DNA of 64,000 nucleotides, from positions 1 to 64,000 of the IMG/VR virus record IMGVR_UViG_2645727839_000001; one strand, written 5' to 3'. A model generated the notes under the pieces. The model worked only from the letters and a program-made list of their open reading frames with translations. It did no database searches and had not been told where the DNA came from. Below, piece by piece: positions 10,006 through 19,698 of this stretch (the first letter of the stretch is position 1; each line of letters begins with the position of its first letter). This DNA comes from a virus (Duplodnaviria > Caudoviricetes). The position numbers and the translations under genes were made by a program.

Positions 10006-10971
10006 TTACTTATTACGAGCCGCTAGCCCCTGAGCGATTTTAGAAACACCAGATACTTGTTTCTCACCAGTTGCATCATGGTTCAAAGTTCGACTGCCAG
10101 AACCTGGCTTGATATTTGAACGTAAAAGAGCTTTGCTCTCTGGATGGCTGGTAATCAGTCGCTCGATGGCAGCCTCAAAGCCAAGCGAATTTGCTTGACC
10201 ATCAACTAATGGTGCTCGGCCTTCAACTCCACGCGGTTTGTCGAAGCCGACAATTGAACCATCTTGGATTTCGAAGTGTGCACCAAATTCTTTTTTCATC
10301 ATCGAAAGAGGCAATGTAGAACGCTCTTTGATGAAACCTGAATCCGCGAAGTGACGCCCGATTGTTAGATCTTCAACTTGAGAGTCTTTGCCCTTAAGTT
10401 GTTCTTGCAGTTGAGCAATCAAATCGTCTTTTTCTTGGATAGCAGTGTCTTTCAGCTCAAGGTCTTTGGTGTGTTGCGTTCGCATTTGGTCTACAACTGC
10501 GTCGTACTCACCTTTCTTCTCAAGCTCTTGGATGTCCCGTGCGTTCTTGTCGCTAATGATCGCTTTCAGGTCATCTTCTGAAATTTCACCCACGATACCT
10601 TTCAAGCTGTTTAGCTGAGCTTCTAGCTCTTGCGTCTTTTCGGTACCGCTTTTCTCAGCAGAACGGGCTTTTTCTTTCCACTTCATAACGTCTTTTAGAA
10701 GCTTGGCTTCCGAGTCGCTAAGATTTGGTTTGTCTTCACTGTCACCGTTGTCTTCCGGCGGTGTGTTATCCGCTGGTGGTGTGCTATCCGCAGGTGGCGT
10801 AGCATCGCCCTCACCTTCACCGTCCACAAAACAGATCGATGAATACTTGGCGCGATACACGTCTGCAGGATTGGCACAGCCAAAAAGCATTTCTGACGGA
10901 CGTTGAGCTTTAAAAGAACCACTGTTCTCCATTACGCTCAGTAACGAGTTTTTTTTAGTTTTAAGAGTCAT
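10006..10971 (-). CDS. Capsid scaffold protein
   Basis: Acidic/Pro linker, coiled coil, C-terminal GSGS motif; between portal and capsid. Confidence 0.75.
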   Translation of the reverse strand: MTLKTKKNSLLSVMENSGSFKAQRPSEMLFGCANPADVYRAKYSSICFVDGEGEGDATPPADSTPPADNTPPEDNGDSEDKPNLSDSEAKLLKDVMKWKEKARSAEKSGTEKTQELEAQLNSLKGIVGEISEDDLKAIISDKNARDIQELEKKGEYDAVVDQMRTQHTKDLELKDTAIQEKDDLIAQLQEQLKGKDSQVEDLTIGRHFADSGFIKERSTLPLSMMKKEFGAHFEIQDGSIVGFDKPRGVEGRAPLVDGQANSLGFEAAIERLITSHPESKALLRSNIKPGSGSRTLNHDATGEKQVSGVSKIAQGLAARNK

Positions 10972-12649
10972 TCTCTTGACCTTTATTATCAGTTGTTTTG
11001 GATTCGGATTGGCGAACGCCAGCTACTTCACGGTTACGTTTAGCTTCTTCCGTAATTGCCGACTGCTCACTGTTCATCGCGACAAGGCTTTGCTCTTGCA
11101 TTTCGTCCTGTCGCTCTACTCGCTTCTCTTCCATTACAGTCCAGTCATCGATCTCTTTAACCATTCGGTCTTTAAGATCTTTGCCAAGTTGAGGGAAGAG
11201 TTTTTCTAGCATTGACTTCATCTGCTCGCCACGAGCTGTAGGTGGCATTTGAACTAGTGCTAGTTGGTTTGCGATGTAGAATTCGTCGTAAAGCTCACGA
11301 ATATCAAAAGTGCGTGGGTATTTAACCAGTTCTTCTTCGGGGATCTTATTCCCTGACCAAAGCGAAACAACGGCAGCAATTTTGTTTTCCACTTGCTCCA
11401 TAGAGTCGGACTTCGAAGACAACAAGGCTGTCACTCGTTCGAAGTCTTTCGTCTTGGCTACGCCAGAAGCTTTGTCGGTATTCTCTGTAGATGTATCCTT
11501 GGCACGTTCTACACCTAAGCCAACCGAGTGGTAAATTTCACCGATGATTTGATTAATTGCGGAGCTAATCAGTGCTGCTTGCCTTGGGTCAGGGCTTAAG
11601 AAAAACGGTTGAGCGCCAGATTCCCCATCGTAGATGAAGATTCGCTTAGTACCGACTTCTAGTAGTTTTTCGTACTCATCATCTCCCGGCATTAAGCCTT
11701 GAGCTGGCATGGCCAACTGAGAAAATGTTTGGTCTTGGATAATGGCATCTAAGTTTGACGAGTAATTTGCGCAAGCCCGATCTAGATAAGCCACGTCTGC
11801 AATCAAAGCAGGTGAGTCATAAAGATCGTCACAAATTGTGTTATCAACCGGAATAACAGGTACAACACCCAGGTTGTGGCTACCTGAGCCTGTTAGTTCT
11901 AGATTATCGATATTTTCTCTAAAGGAAGGCTGGCTCACTACAGCGACAGGCAATTCAGCTTCCGTACATGCTCGACTTTGTTTATTGGTAGGTTCGAAAA
12001 CAAACCACTGCTCTCGCGTCCAAAGTCGGTATCGGTAAGTCATGTTGCCTGAACACTCTAGAGGGTTAGCGTCATCTCGAATTACTTCTCGAATCAATAC
12101 CCAATTCAAAATGCCGATATCGTCATAAGACATATCAAGAACATGTTCAGGAGTGACAAGGTAAGAATAAATTCCCGCATCACTTTTCTCAGCTAGAGCT
12201 TGGGAAACAGCTTCACCATCTTCTGTTAGCTCAACATCGTTATCTACAACGACCCAACAACGACCGTAGATAGAAGCTTGTTTCGAGATGGCGCGCGCAA
12301 ACTCATCAATGCTTAAACCATTGACGGTAGCCTTTTCCCAGAACGCGACTAATTCCTCAGAAGCATCCTCTCGATTTCGATCTGGTTTAGAGCGGAACAG
12401 ATACTTGTTAACTAAGTCCACGACTTCTCGAGTGTGATTAAAACGGTATGCTCGCTTAACGCGATCGCTATATTCGTTATCACCCTCTTTCATGTAGCGG
12501 AAGATATTATCTTTGAACCATCCGGGGCCACCATAGTAGCAACTCGCCATGAACTTCCAGTGCGGAAGTAGCGCGTTGTATTGTGGATGCCTACGCTTGA
12601 TCAAACGGGCTATCGCATTTGTATTAAAGCTGGATTGTTCAATAATCAT
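10961..12649 (-). CDS. Portal protein
   Basis: 562 aa after terL; YGRCWVVVD, HNLGVVPV, SGVAK motifs. Confidence 0.88.
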   Translation of the reverse strand: MIIEQSSFNTNAIARLIKRRHPQYNALLPHWKFMASCYYGGPGWFKDNIFRYMKEGDNEYSDRVKRAYRFNHTREVVDLVNKYLFRSKPDRNREDASEELVAFWEKATVNGLSIDEFARAISKQASIYGRCWVVVDNDVELTEDGEAVSQALAEKSDAGIYSYLVTPEHVLDMSYDDIGILNWVLIREVIRDDANPLECSGNMTYRYRLWTREQWFVFEPTNKQSRACTEAELPVAVVSQPSFRENIDNLELTGSGSHNLGVVPVIPVDNTICDDLYDSPALIADVAYLDRACANYSSNLDAIIQDQTFSQLAMPAQGLMPGDDEYEKLLEVGTKRIFIYDGESGAQPFFLSPDPRQAALISSAINQIIGEIYHSVGLGVERAKDTSTENTDKASGVAKTKDFERVTALLSSKSDSMEQVENKIAAVVSLWSGNKIPEEELVKYPRTFDIRELYDEFYIANQLALVQMPPTARGEQMKSMLEKLFPQLGKDLKDRMVKEIDDWTVMEEKRVERQDEMQEQSLVAMNSEQSAITEEAKRNREVAGVRQSESKTTDNKGQENDS

Positions 12650-12761
12650 CAGTTAACCAGTTGGTAAATTATTTCCCATGACATAAGATAAGTCACTAGT
12701 GACTTATCTTATTAGGCATAAGTTAAGCCAGTCATGTTAAAAAGTAAAGTATAGAGGCTAT

Positions 12762-13046
12762 ATGAGTTCAATTTACTGTAGGTCTAAGACCATTGCGGCA
12801 ACAGCAACATCCGCAGTTATCCTTGAAGAGACAACCCTTTTCTCACTCAACATCAAAGTAATAGGTGATGAAGAAGTGGACTTCTCATTCACTATTCCTC
12901 ACACATCACCCCCTGTAAAAGATCACTTCTCTCTTGCTAAAAATGAAGAGATTAATTTGGCTCCGGGTCACCCTTTCCGCTTAGCTCTTCATGCTGAGTC
13001 GAAAACAGCCGACAGCGATGTTCGACTATTTTACACCCTTCTCTAA
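12762..13046 (+). CDS. Hypothetical protein (moron, opposite strand inside late cluster)
   Basis: 94 aa ORF with GAGG RBS, flanked by two perfect palindromes. Confidence 0.6.
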   Translation: MSSIYCRSKTIAATATSAVILEETTLFSLNIKVIGDEEVDFSFTIPHTSPPVKDHFSLAKNEEINLAPGHPFRLALHAESKTADSDVRLFYTLL

Positions 13047-13081
13047 CAAATTGGTAAGTCACTAGTGACTTACCATATTCA

Positions 13082-14311
13082 TTAAATAGAAGTACCAACA
13101 ATTTTCACTTTGCGGCTTGGGAACTCAAGTTCAATTGGGTAACCCAATGCATCAGCCAAGTGCTCAATGTTCGCGGCTTTATCCACGTCCCTAGAACCCG
13201 GCTTATACATCGTTTGGTCTAATGAACTGATCATGTTCTTACATGATGAGTTAATCCGAAGTCTTACTTTACCAGTCGCATCTCTAAGCATCTTGTTTAC
13301 ACAGTTAACTCGGTCAGCAACCTTTGGGTGTTTACGACGATATTTTAGTTTTCTAAAGCCATGCTCTCGGAAGATATCCAAGTCAGATTCACCTCGAGCG
13401 TGTTGTCGGTTATTACCTGCCGGATCGGGATACACAATAATCTGGTTTGTATTCCGCCAGTATCTGCGCTCTAGTTCCTCTACCACTTCTTGAGTGTTCG
13501 AGTTATAGAAATAAATTTCATCAACTACCCACAATTCCCCATTGGGTTGAGGCTGCATAATCGCGCTACTCATTGGGTCAATGTTGAAATCCTGACCCAC
13601 CCAGATAGGTAGTTTTGGGTTAAATGGGAAATTACCAGTGTGCACCTGACGGTCGAACTGGTGATAAACCCTACCCGACATCGTTTCGAAAGAAGCTTCA
13701 AACTCCTGACGGAAAGACTTAGGGTCCATATCCTCTCTAGCATCCTCAAGCTCTTGCTCTGGAATGAAAGGAGATGTGATTGTAGGGAACTGCCAAGAAG
13801 CCCATTGTCTCTTAGTTGAGTCTTGACCTATCGAGTACACCTCATGCAAGTGGTTAAATGCTTTTGGGGTACCGATAAACAACGCATCACCACCCGTAGT
13901 AGCAAGCGTAGGTCGAATAACCTTAGTCCAGGTATCAGGGTGCATGTCCTGAAACTCATCAAGAACAACATAGTGAAGACCAACACCACGGAGTGTATCT
14001 GGTTGGTCTGCGCCTTTGCATTCAATGATTGAACCGTTCGTTAGACGAATTGACAGTTCGGTTTCGTGGATTTTGTAAACCCACTTTTTCGGTATCGCTT
14101 CCTTGAGTTCATCCCACATGATCATCTTGGCCATGCGGTACGAAGGTGCGATATACCAAACTTTTTGTTTTGGCTTACGTACTCGAGTAACCAGTATCGT
14201 TCGAGATAGAGCTGTCTTGCCCCAACGACGACCTGCCACCACACATTTAAAACGGTGGGGATCTCGATATACCATAGCTTGTTTGGGGTGTAGGCTTACG
14301 TCCATAGTCAC
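13082..14311 (-). CDS. terL: Terminase large subunit
   Basis: Walker A AGRRWGKT, Walker B VVLDE, GTP coupling motif, nuclease GQDFN..HLADAL. Confidence 0.95.
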   Translation of the reverse strand: MTMDVSLHPKQAMVYRDPHRFKCVVAGRRWGKTALSRTILVTRVRKPKQKVWYIAPSYRMAKMIMWDELKEAIPKKWVYKIHETELSIRLTNGSIIECKGADQPDTLRGVGLHYVVLDEFQDMHPDTWTKVIRPTLATTGGDALFIGTPKAFNHLHEVYSIGQDSTKRQWASWQFPTITSPFIPEQELEDAREDMDPKSFRQEFEASFETMSGRVYHQFDRQVHTGNFPFNPKLPIWVGQDFNIDPMSSAIMQPQPNGELWVVDEIYFYNSNTQEVVEELERRYWRNTNQIIVYPDPAGNNRQHARGESDLDIFREHGFRKLKYRRKHPKVADRVNCVNKMLRDATGKVRLRINSSCKNMISSLDQTMYKPGSRDVDKAANIEHLADALGYPIELEFPSRKVKIVGTSI

Positions 14312-14313
14312 CC

Positions 14314-14940
14314 CTACTCTTCCATCAAGACTTCATCATCGTCTTCACTTGGAGCTTCACCAACATTTCCGGTGGTGAATTCCTCGAGCTGCTGTCTTTG
14401 CGACTCGCGAATTTCTTCCACATCATCCGCAGTCATTTCATTGACTGTAAATGTTGGCAAATCTTCTTCTAGGTCAGAGATGTCGTCGATACGCAAAATC
14501 TGAGAAGCCGTTTGATAGTTGCCTCTCACAATGTCAGCGATACCCTTTAGGGTTTGAACGTCATCTTTGAATGAACCTAGAGGAACATTATCTTTTGCAG
14601 ACTGTTGGGCTATCAAAAGCGCACGTCTACTTAGACCATCAAGCCAAGCAAGATGGTTCTTTTGGGTGGTCAGAATCAACTCGCGAGTTTCTTCCGCCTG
14701 TTTCACCGTATCCTTTTGGATTACTTCGGCTACGGCTTTGTTGTGAAGCTCTGCGTCTTCACCTTTCTTGATGCCATCTCTCGCAAAGCGTTTGCGTAGG
14801 GACGTTTCGTTAACATCAAACTGAGTAGCCAATTCCTTGACCGTATAATCGCCCGATCTCCACATAATACAGATCGCACGATAGTCCTTAGCAGATATAC
14901 GTTTCTGCTTCGGCTTTTCTGTTGTCTTATCTTCGCTCAT
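14314..14940 (-). CDS. terS: Terminase small subunit
   Basis: N-terminal HTH, directly upstream of terL. Confidence 0.72.
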   Translation of the reverse strand: MSEDKTTEKPKQKRISAKDYRAICIMWRSGDYTVKELATQFDVNETSLRKRFARDGIKKGEDAELHNKAVAEVIQKDTVKQAEETRELILTTQKNHLAWLDGLSRRALLIAQQSAKDNVPLGSFKDDVQTLKGIADIVRGNYQTASQILRIDDISDLEEDLPTFTVNEMTADDVEEIRESQRQQLEEFTTGNVGEAPSEDDDEVLMEE

Positions 14941-15386
14941 AACTCACCAGTAGTTATGGCTGAAAGCGATAAAGAGATTATTTCGACATAGTGGCTGATG
15001 CTGACGCCAGAAACCTCGGGTACTGTTTCAACCTCCGACTTAAGGGATCACGGCAGTTTCGCATACGTCTAGACAGAGAAATTTGGTAAGAGGAACAGTG
15101 CGAACAAGCAGGTTCAAAGGGGTCAGTCTTACTACTTTGTTAACCATGACGAACAAAACGGTTCTATGTGCCATATCGAGGCGGATTAACAGAGCTTTCA
15201 AAGTCGAACGCCAAGATTAAAACTGATCCGCAAAGTTAAGTCAACGGTGACTTATTTTTATGTTACTCGAATCGTGGTTCAAATCCGCATCGTACAAGAA
15301 AATGTTAACGTTAATCGCAAAACGCTTGAAACCCCCGCCATTAAAGGGCTAAGACCGGATTTGTTTGTAATTTTGTCGTCCCTTTT

Positions 15387-15447
15387 ATATATATCTTCTT
15401 AAAAGAAGATATATATATTAATAGAACGAGATTTTTACCCTCTCCTA
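15387..15447. repeat. AT hairpin plus 24-bp direct repeat, copy 1
   Basis: ATATATATCTTCTT-AA-AAGAAGATATATAT then GAACGAGATTTTTACCCTCTCCTA. Confidence 0.8.
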
Positions 15448-15566
15448 GTCCAAAGACACTGCGGAAATAGATCTTATAACTCTGATTAGATCATTAGCTG
15501 CGGAACATAAAAAAAGCGTTCTAAATCGAATCAGAACGCTTTCAAATCATTTTTCTTAATCTGTGC

Positions 15567-15863
15567 TTAGCTTTCGAGTTCTACACTCTCAGAATCGCTT
15601 ACAGCGTTTGGTCGGAATATCTTAATCGTCAGCTCAGTAGCCTTAAACGTTTGACGTGATTTACCACGACGACATTCGGTACCAACCTTCTCAGCCAAAC
15701 CCTTATTGATCAGACTTCGAATTGAAAACTGCAATGATTGCTTGGTTGTCTCGTATGGAATGCGCTCTAGAATCTGATCTAGGTCAACGCACTCGACACA
15801 CTCCGTTTCGTTCCCTTGCAGGATGACTTGAAGGACATCTCTTTGCTTCCGGGTGAGGTTCAT
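15567..15863 (-). CDS. Winged-helix DNA-binding protein
   Basis: LTRKQRDVL..SLQFSIRSLINKGLAEK wHTH pattern. Confidence 0.7.
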   Translation of the reverse strand: MNLTRKQRDVLQVILQGNETECVECVDLDQILERIPYETTKQSLQFSIRSLINKGLAEKVGTECRRGKSRQTFKATELTIKIFRPNAVSDSESVELES

Positions 15864-16744
15864 AACTTCTCCAAATTTAATTGTTCTAGTGGGGGCTGAT
15901 TGTCGAATACTGAAATGAGCAGTCTTTCAGGTAATTTTCGATTGCAATCAGGGTTTGTAAAAATGCCGTACACGGGGGCTGCAAAGATGAGTTGTTGTAA
16001 TTCGCGCACAACATTGCCGATAGGCATCGAATTCACTTTGCTTTGTCCTGCATTTAAATTGCTTCCGGTCTTTTCACGAGCACTGTGACGGTAATAAAAA
16101 TCGCGAATTTCGGTTTCAACTGACTCACGCATCAATGGGGGCATCAACGTAAGTTCCTGCATCACTCGCTCATGGTCTGCCGGATGACATTCAAAATAAC
16201 GACGGAAGAATTTTAACCCTTTTGCGTAGTTAGCGGAATTCGCAAGATGAGCATGTTTGAATCCTGCTTTGGCATCAAACGGGTTAAATTTGCTCATGGA
16301 CGATTGAATCTCCATGAATCGAAGCCCTTCCATACGACAAACTAGGTTGATCATTCGGTAGCTAACCCCAACACCTCGATACATGGTGTCAGTAACCACT
16401 CGAGCTACACGTCGAATGTTTTTGTTCAACCACTTGCCGCGATGGACGTTCGTGGTCTTGGTATCATTGCCGGGTTTGAGTTTAGGAAAAACTCGATGAC
16501 GAGCAGCCAACATCAAAGAGACTGAGCTAGTCACTACAATTCCAACCAAGTCACCATCTTTCGACATACAACGCCAGAACCTAGCACCTGCAGGAATGGT
16601 CGAAGCCTTGTAATGCAGTTCGTGGAGTTCGTCCCAATCTTTCTTAGTGCCTCGCTCTACGTACATACCGTCGATAAGCGAAAATTTTGGTACCGGCTTT
16701 TTGATTCGTTCCACCAGCGCAATTTCATCATCCCTTAAGATCAT
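15860..16744 (-). CDS. GNAT-fold acyltransferase (putative DNA-base modifying)
   Basis: LHY, RVVTDTMYRGVGV acetyl-CoA motif A, SMSKFNPF..AGF. Confidence 0.72.
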   Translation of the reverse strand: MILRDDEIALVERIKKPVPKFSLIDGMYVERGTKKDWDELHELHYKASTIPAGARFWRCMSKDGDLVGIVVTSSVSLMLAARHRVFPKLKPGNDTKTTNVHRGKWLNKNIRRVARVVTDTMYRGVGVSYRMINLVCRMEGLRFMEIQSSMSKFNPFDAKAGFKHAHLANSANYAKGLKFFRRYFECHPADHERVMQELTLMPPLMRESVETEIRDFYYRHSAREKTGSNLNAGQSKVNSMPIGNVVRELQQLIFAAPVYGIFTNPDCNRKLPERLLISVFDNQPPLEQLNLEKL

Positions 16745-17384
16745 CTTGTGCCCTCTTGATATCTACCTCGACTCGTTCACGGAATCGCTTATCTACGTAG
16801 ATGGTAGGCGCAAGCTCTTCTCGCAAGTCTTTGTGAGTAGTGGCAACGATAACGGTCTTGTTTAGCTTACGAGCAAATTTCTGGATACTGAACGCAACGA
16901 CTTTCGCGGTAGTACGGTCAAGAACGGCACCAAATTCATCAGCTACCCAAACCTTCGCATCGCTGCTCAATAGCTTGGCAATACGGAATCGATAAAGCTG
17001 ACCATCCGATAGTTCGCTAGGTTTGCGAATGAACAGGTATGCATCGTTCAAACCTGCAAGACTCAAGATTCGAATAGCTTCTTCGGTTGAATTGCCTACT
17101 TGGTCAATTAGAGGTTTCTCTTCAAGCTCTACAGCATCGATGTTTGCCACTTCACATTCGTTCGCAAGCATCACCGCCAGTTCCTTAAGCAGTAACGACT
17201 TACCAGAACCGGACTGGCCCGTGATGTAGACGACATCGCCCTGCTCAATTTCCAGTTGGAAATCGTCATAGACCACAAACTCTTTATCCTGTAGTCCCAG
17301 ACCAAAAGACTCTGCACATTCAAGTACGCGATCAGAACGTTCTACCGAAGATTTGAATTTCTTATAGACTCGATACTTACGCAT
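16728..17384 (-). CDS. Soluble ABC-type ATPase
   Basis: Walker A GQSGSGKS, LSDGQ signature, VWVADE, ATTH; no permease nearby. Confidence 0.88.
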   Translation of the reverse strand: MRKYRVYKKFKSSVERSDRVLECAESFGLGLQDKEFVVYDDFQLEIEQGDVVYITGQSGSGKSLLLKELAVMLANECEVANIDAVELEEKPLIDQVGNSTEEAIRILSLAGLNDAYLFIRKPSELSDGQLYRFRIAKLLSSDAKVWVADEFGAVLDRTTAKVVAFSIQKFARKLNKTVIVATTHKDLREELAPTIYVDKRFRERVEVDIKRAQDDLKG

Positions 17385-17907
17385 CCTTTTTGCCCTCGCT
17401 AAAATCGAGAGCGGCACACTCAATAGCAAAGGCTTCTGCGCTACGATGATACGCCTCTAGGTCGCCCACTTTTGACATTGCATCTTCAAAGGCAATCGAC
17501 TCACCAACATCTTGGTTGTAATCCTCAATGTTGATGCAGTGAGACTCACCAACGACCTTGTGACCATTGTTAAGAGTAACTACCGCGATTGTCGTGCCAT
17601 GCACCACAGCAAAGTGCTTCTCTGCAACCATGAAGTAAAGTTGGTCTGCTGTGATTTGGTCTTTCTTGAACTCTTCTACCGAGTCGTAGTGAGATTCAAA
17701 TACAGATTTAGGATTTACGTAGCAGTAACCTTCTTCGCTAGAAACGTAGTAATCACCCTTAATTGGTAGATAGCGAGAAACCATCTCGCTGGATAAGACT
17801 TTGTTCTGGCCATCTTCTAAAGTGGCAATCAAAGAACCGCCTAACTCTTCGATTGATTTAATCTCTAGAGCCTCGACGATACGTAGTTTTGAGTAGAATT
17901 TTTTCAT
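17377..17907 (-). CDS. Two-domain phage protein with Gp49/Sf6 gp66-like C-terminal domain
   Basis: TTIAVVTLNNGHKVVGESHCI..YNQDVGESIA..A motif. Confidence 0.7.
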   Translation of the reverse strand: MKKFYSKLRIVEALEIKSIEELGGSLIATLEDGQNKVLSSEMVSRYLPIKGDYYVSSEEGYCYVNPKSVFESHYDSVEEFKKDQITADQLYFMVAEKHFAVVHGTTIAVVTLNNGHKVVGESHCINIEDYNQDVGESIAFEDAMSKVGDLEAYHRSAEAFAIECAALDFSEGKKDA

Positions 17908-17920
17908 GTTAAGTCACCGC

Positions 17921-18658
17921 TTACTTATCTAATTTGGTAAATGAATCCGCATGAGCAACTAAAGCGTCTAGCCCTTTAGTCATATGCTTTGCTTCGATGT
18001 GCGCCATAAAACGAGAAAGCAAACGAGCTTCTTTGGTGGTAACCATTTTGCCGTTAAAAATCTCAGCTAAAGGCACTGGTCGCTCATCGGTTTCTTCTAT
18101 CGCTTGGCGTGTTTCATTGGCTTTTTCTTCGACTTCTACCGATAGGTCACCAGACAGAGCACCTAGTTCAATCTCGCCCAAATCTTCCGTTAAGAACTCA
18201 AGCTCTCGCTCTCCGAAGATACCCAACATATCAATGCCGAAATCATGCAAGGTACGTAGCTCACTCTCCAACAGCTCCGTATCAATAGCACCTTCCGCTA
18301 CCTTGTTGTCTGCGAGTCGGAGTTGGTTTGCTTTCTCTTCCGAGATGCCCTCAAGTTTGACCACTGGCACTTTTGTAATGCCGTAACACAGTGCAGCAAG
18401 CCTCCGGCCGTGACCAGCAATAAGCACGTTATTGCCATCCACAATAACAGGAGCAGTCCAACGACCATCTCCGTCAATAGATGAACAAATTCGAGCAACT
18501 TGCTCATGAGTGTGGATCTTGACATTGTTCTCATACGGTACTAAATCCTTTACTGCAATTAGTGGGATTGCGTCAGGCATTTTGATTTGACCTGGCTTGT
18601 GCTTAGGTGCGAACTGAACCTCTCGAATCCACTCTTTTTCTACTTTGGTAACTGCCAT
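17921..18658 (-). CDS. ParB/Srx N-terminal domain protein
   Basis: LVPYENN, LIAGHGRRLAA, LRLADNK. Confidence 0.85.
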   Translation of the reverse strand: MAVTKVEKEWIREVQFAPKHKPGQIKMPDAIPLIAVKDLVPYENNVKIHTHEQVARICSSIDGDGRWTAPVIVDGNNVLIAGHGRRLAALCYGITKVPVVKLEGISEEKANQLRLADNKVAEGAIDTELLESELRTLHDFGIDMLGIFGERELEFLTEDLGEIELGALSGDLSVEVEEKANETRQAIEETDERPVPLAEIFNGKMVTTKEARLLSRFMAHIEAKHMTKGLDALVAHADSFTKLDK

Positions 18659-19341
18659 TACGATGCCTCGTTATAATCATCATGCGAGTAAACAATATGG
18701 GTTAGAGCGTCACCTGCATTCGTTAACTGGTCTGACTCTGTGTACCCTTCTTGGTGTTGAACCTTTTCTACGAACTCTTGAATTCGTGCTGCATCTTCCA
18801 CTGATACCTTGAAGCGCATAATTTGGTGAGTCTTAACCGCTTTGGAAGACACTGCATCTAGGTCTAACGTGTTAACGTCATCGTCATCCAAACCCAATGT
18901 ATCTAGGTCGATATCGACATCATGTTCGAAGATGTTCTTAACCTCTTCCTCAGAGATAGGCATGATTCCGAAGATCTCTTCTGCACTGCCGATTTCCTTG
19001 AAAACCTCAGAAAGTAGTTCGAGATTATCTTCGCCATAACGACCGTTATCCACTAGACCAACTTTCATGGCATCTTCATCTGAGATGCGACCCAAATTAG
19101 TAACCGGTATCTTGCCAATACCCAGACGAACGGCAGATTGTGAACGGTGCTCACCACCTAGTATTTCAAGGCTTCCATCTTCCAATTCGCGAACGATAAC
19201 TGGACGAACGAAACCAAGCGTTTCAATAGATTTATCCAGCTTATCTTCGTTCAGGATGTCCATCTGATTGGGGTTCCAAGGGTTTGGTTTCAGCGTAGAC
19301 GGGTCACAGTAGATAAGCTCTAGCTCATTCTGGTGCTTCAT
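18658..19341 (-). CDS. ParB/Srx N-terminal domain protein
   Basis: LKPNPWNPN, ILGGEHR. Confidence 0.85.
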   Translation of the reverse strand: MKHQNELELIYCDPSTLKPNPWNPNQMDILNEDKLDKSIETLGFVRPVIVRELEDGSLEILGGEHRSQSAVRLGIGKIPVTNLGRISDEDAMKVGLVDNGRYGEDNLELLSEVFKEIGSAEEIFGIMPISEEEVKNIFEHDVDIDLDTLGLDDDDVNTLDLDAVSSKAVKTHQIMRFKVSVEDAARIQEFVEKVQHQEGYTESDQLTNAGDALTHIVYSHDDYNEAS

Positions 19342-19422
19342 AAAACAGTTCTTCTTGTTAAGTCAGTAGTGACTTATACTATCTATAAGAAATTGTACTA
19401 GCAAGGAACACAGGGAGAAACA

Positions 19423-19698
19423 ATGGGTAAAGCCACTATTACCGAATTTGAACTGAAAGAGCTTCAACAGATGAGCAAACAAAACCGCGCTCTATTCCTC
19501 TTATCGAAAGGCGTTCATGCTGAATACTGTATCTATGAAGATCCAAAATCTGAATCCTTTCAAATGACAGGCGGTTGGTTTGTTCTGGTTGGAAACAACT
19601 TGATCACTGACGAAAGTTATAGCTCTGAAATGAATGCTATTGACGAGGGGTTAAAGCTATTAGAGCACTACGCTCGGGGGAAACATCTTGATCGTTAA
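19423..19698 (+). CDS. Hypothetical protein
   Basis: 91 aa ORF with GGAG RBS, overlapping helicase start. Confidence 0.6.
   Translation: MGKATITEFELKELQQMSKQNRALFLLSKGVHAEYCIYEDPKSESFQMTGGWFVLVGNNLITDESYSSEMNAIDEGLKLLEHYARGKHLDR

Noticed and set aside
17921-19341. ParABS partition locus
   Set aside because: No ParA nearby; ParB domains lack an obvious HTH and sit in the ABC/GNAT operon
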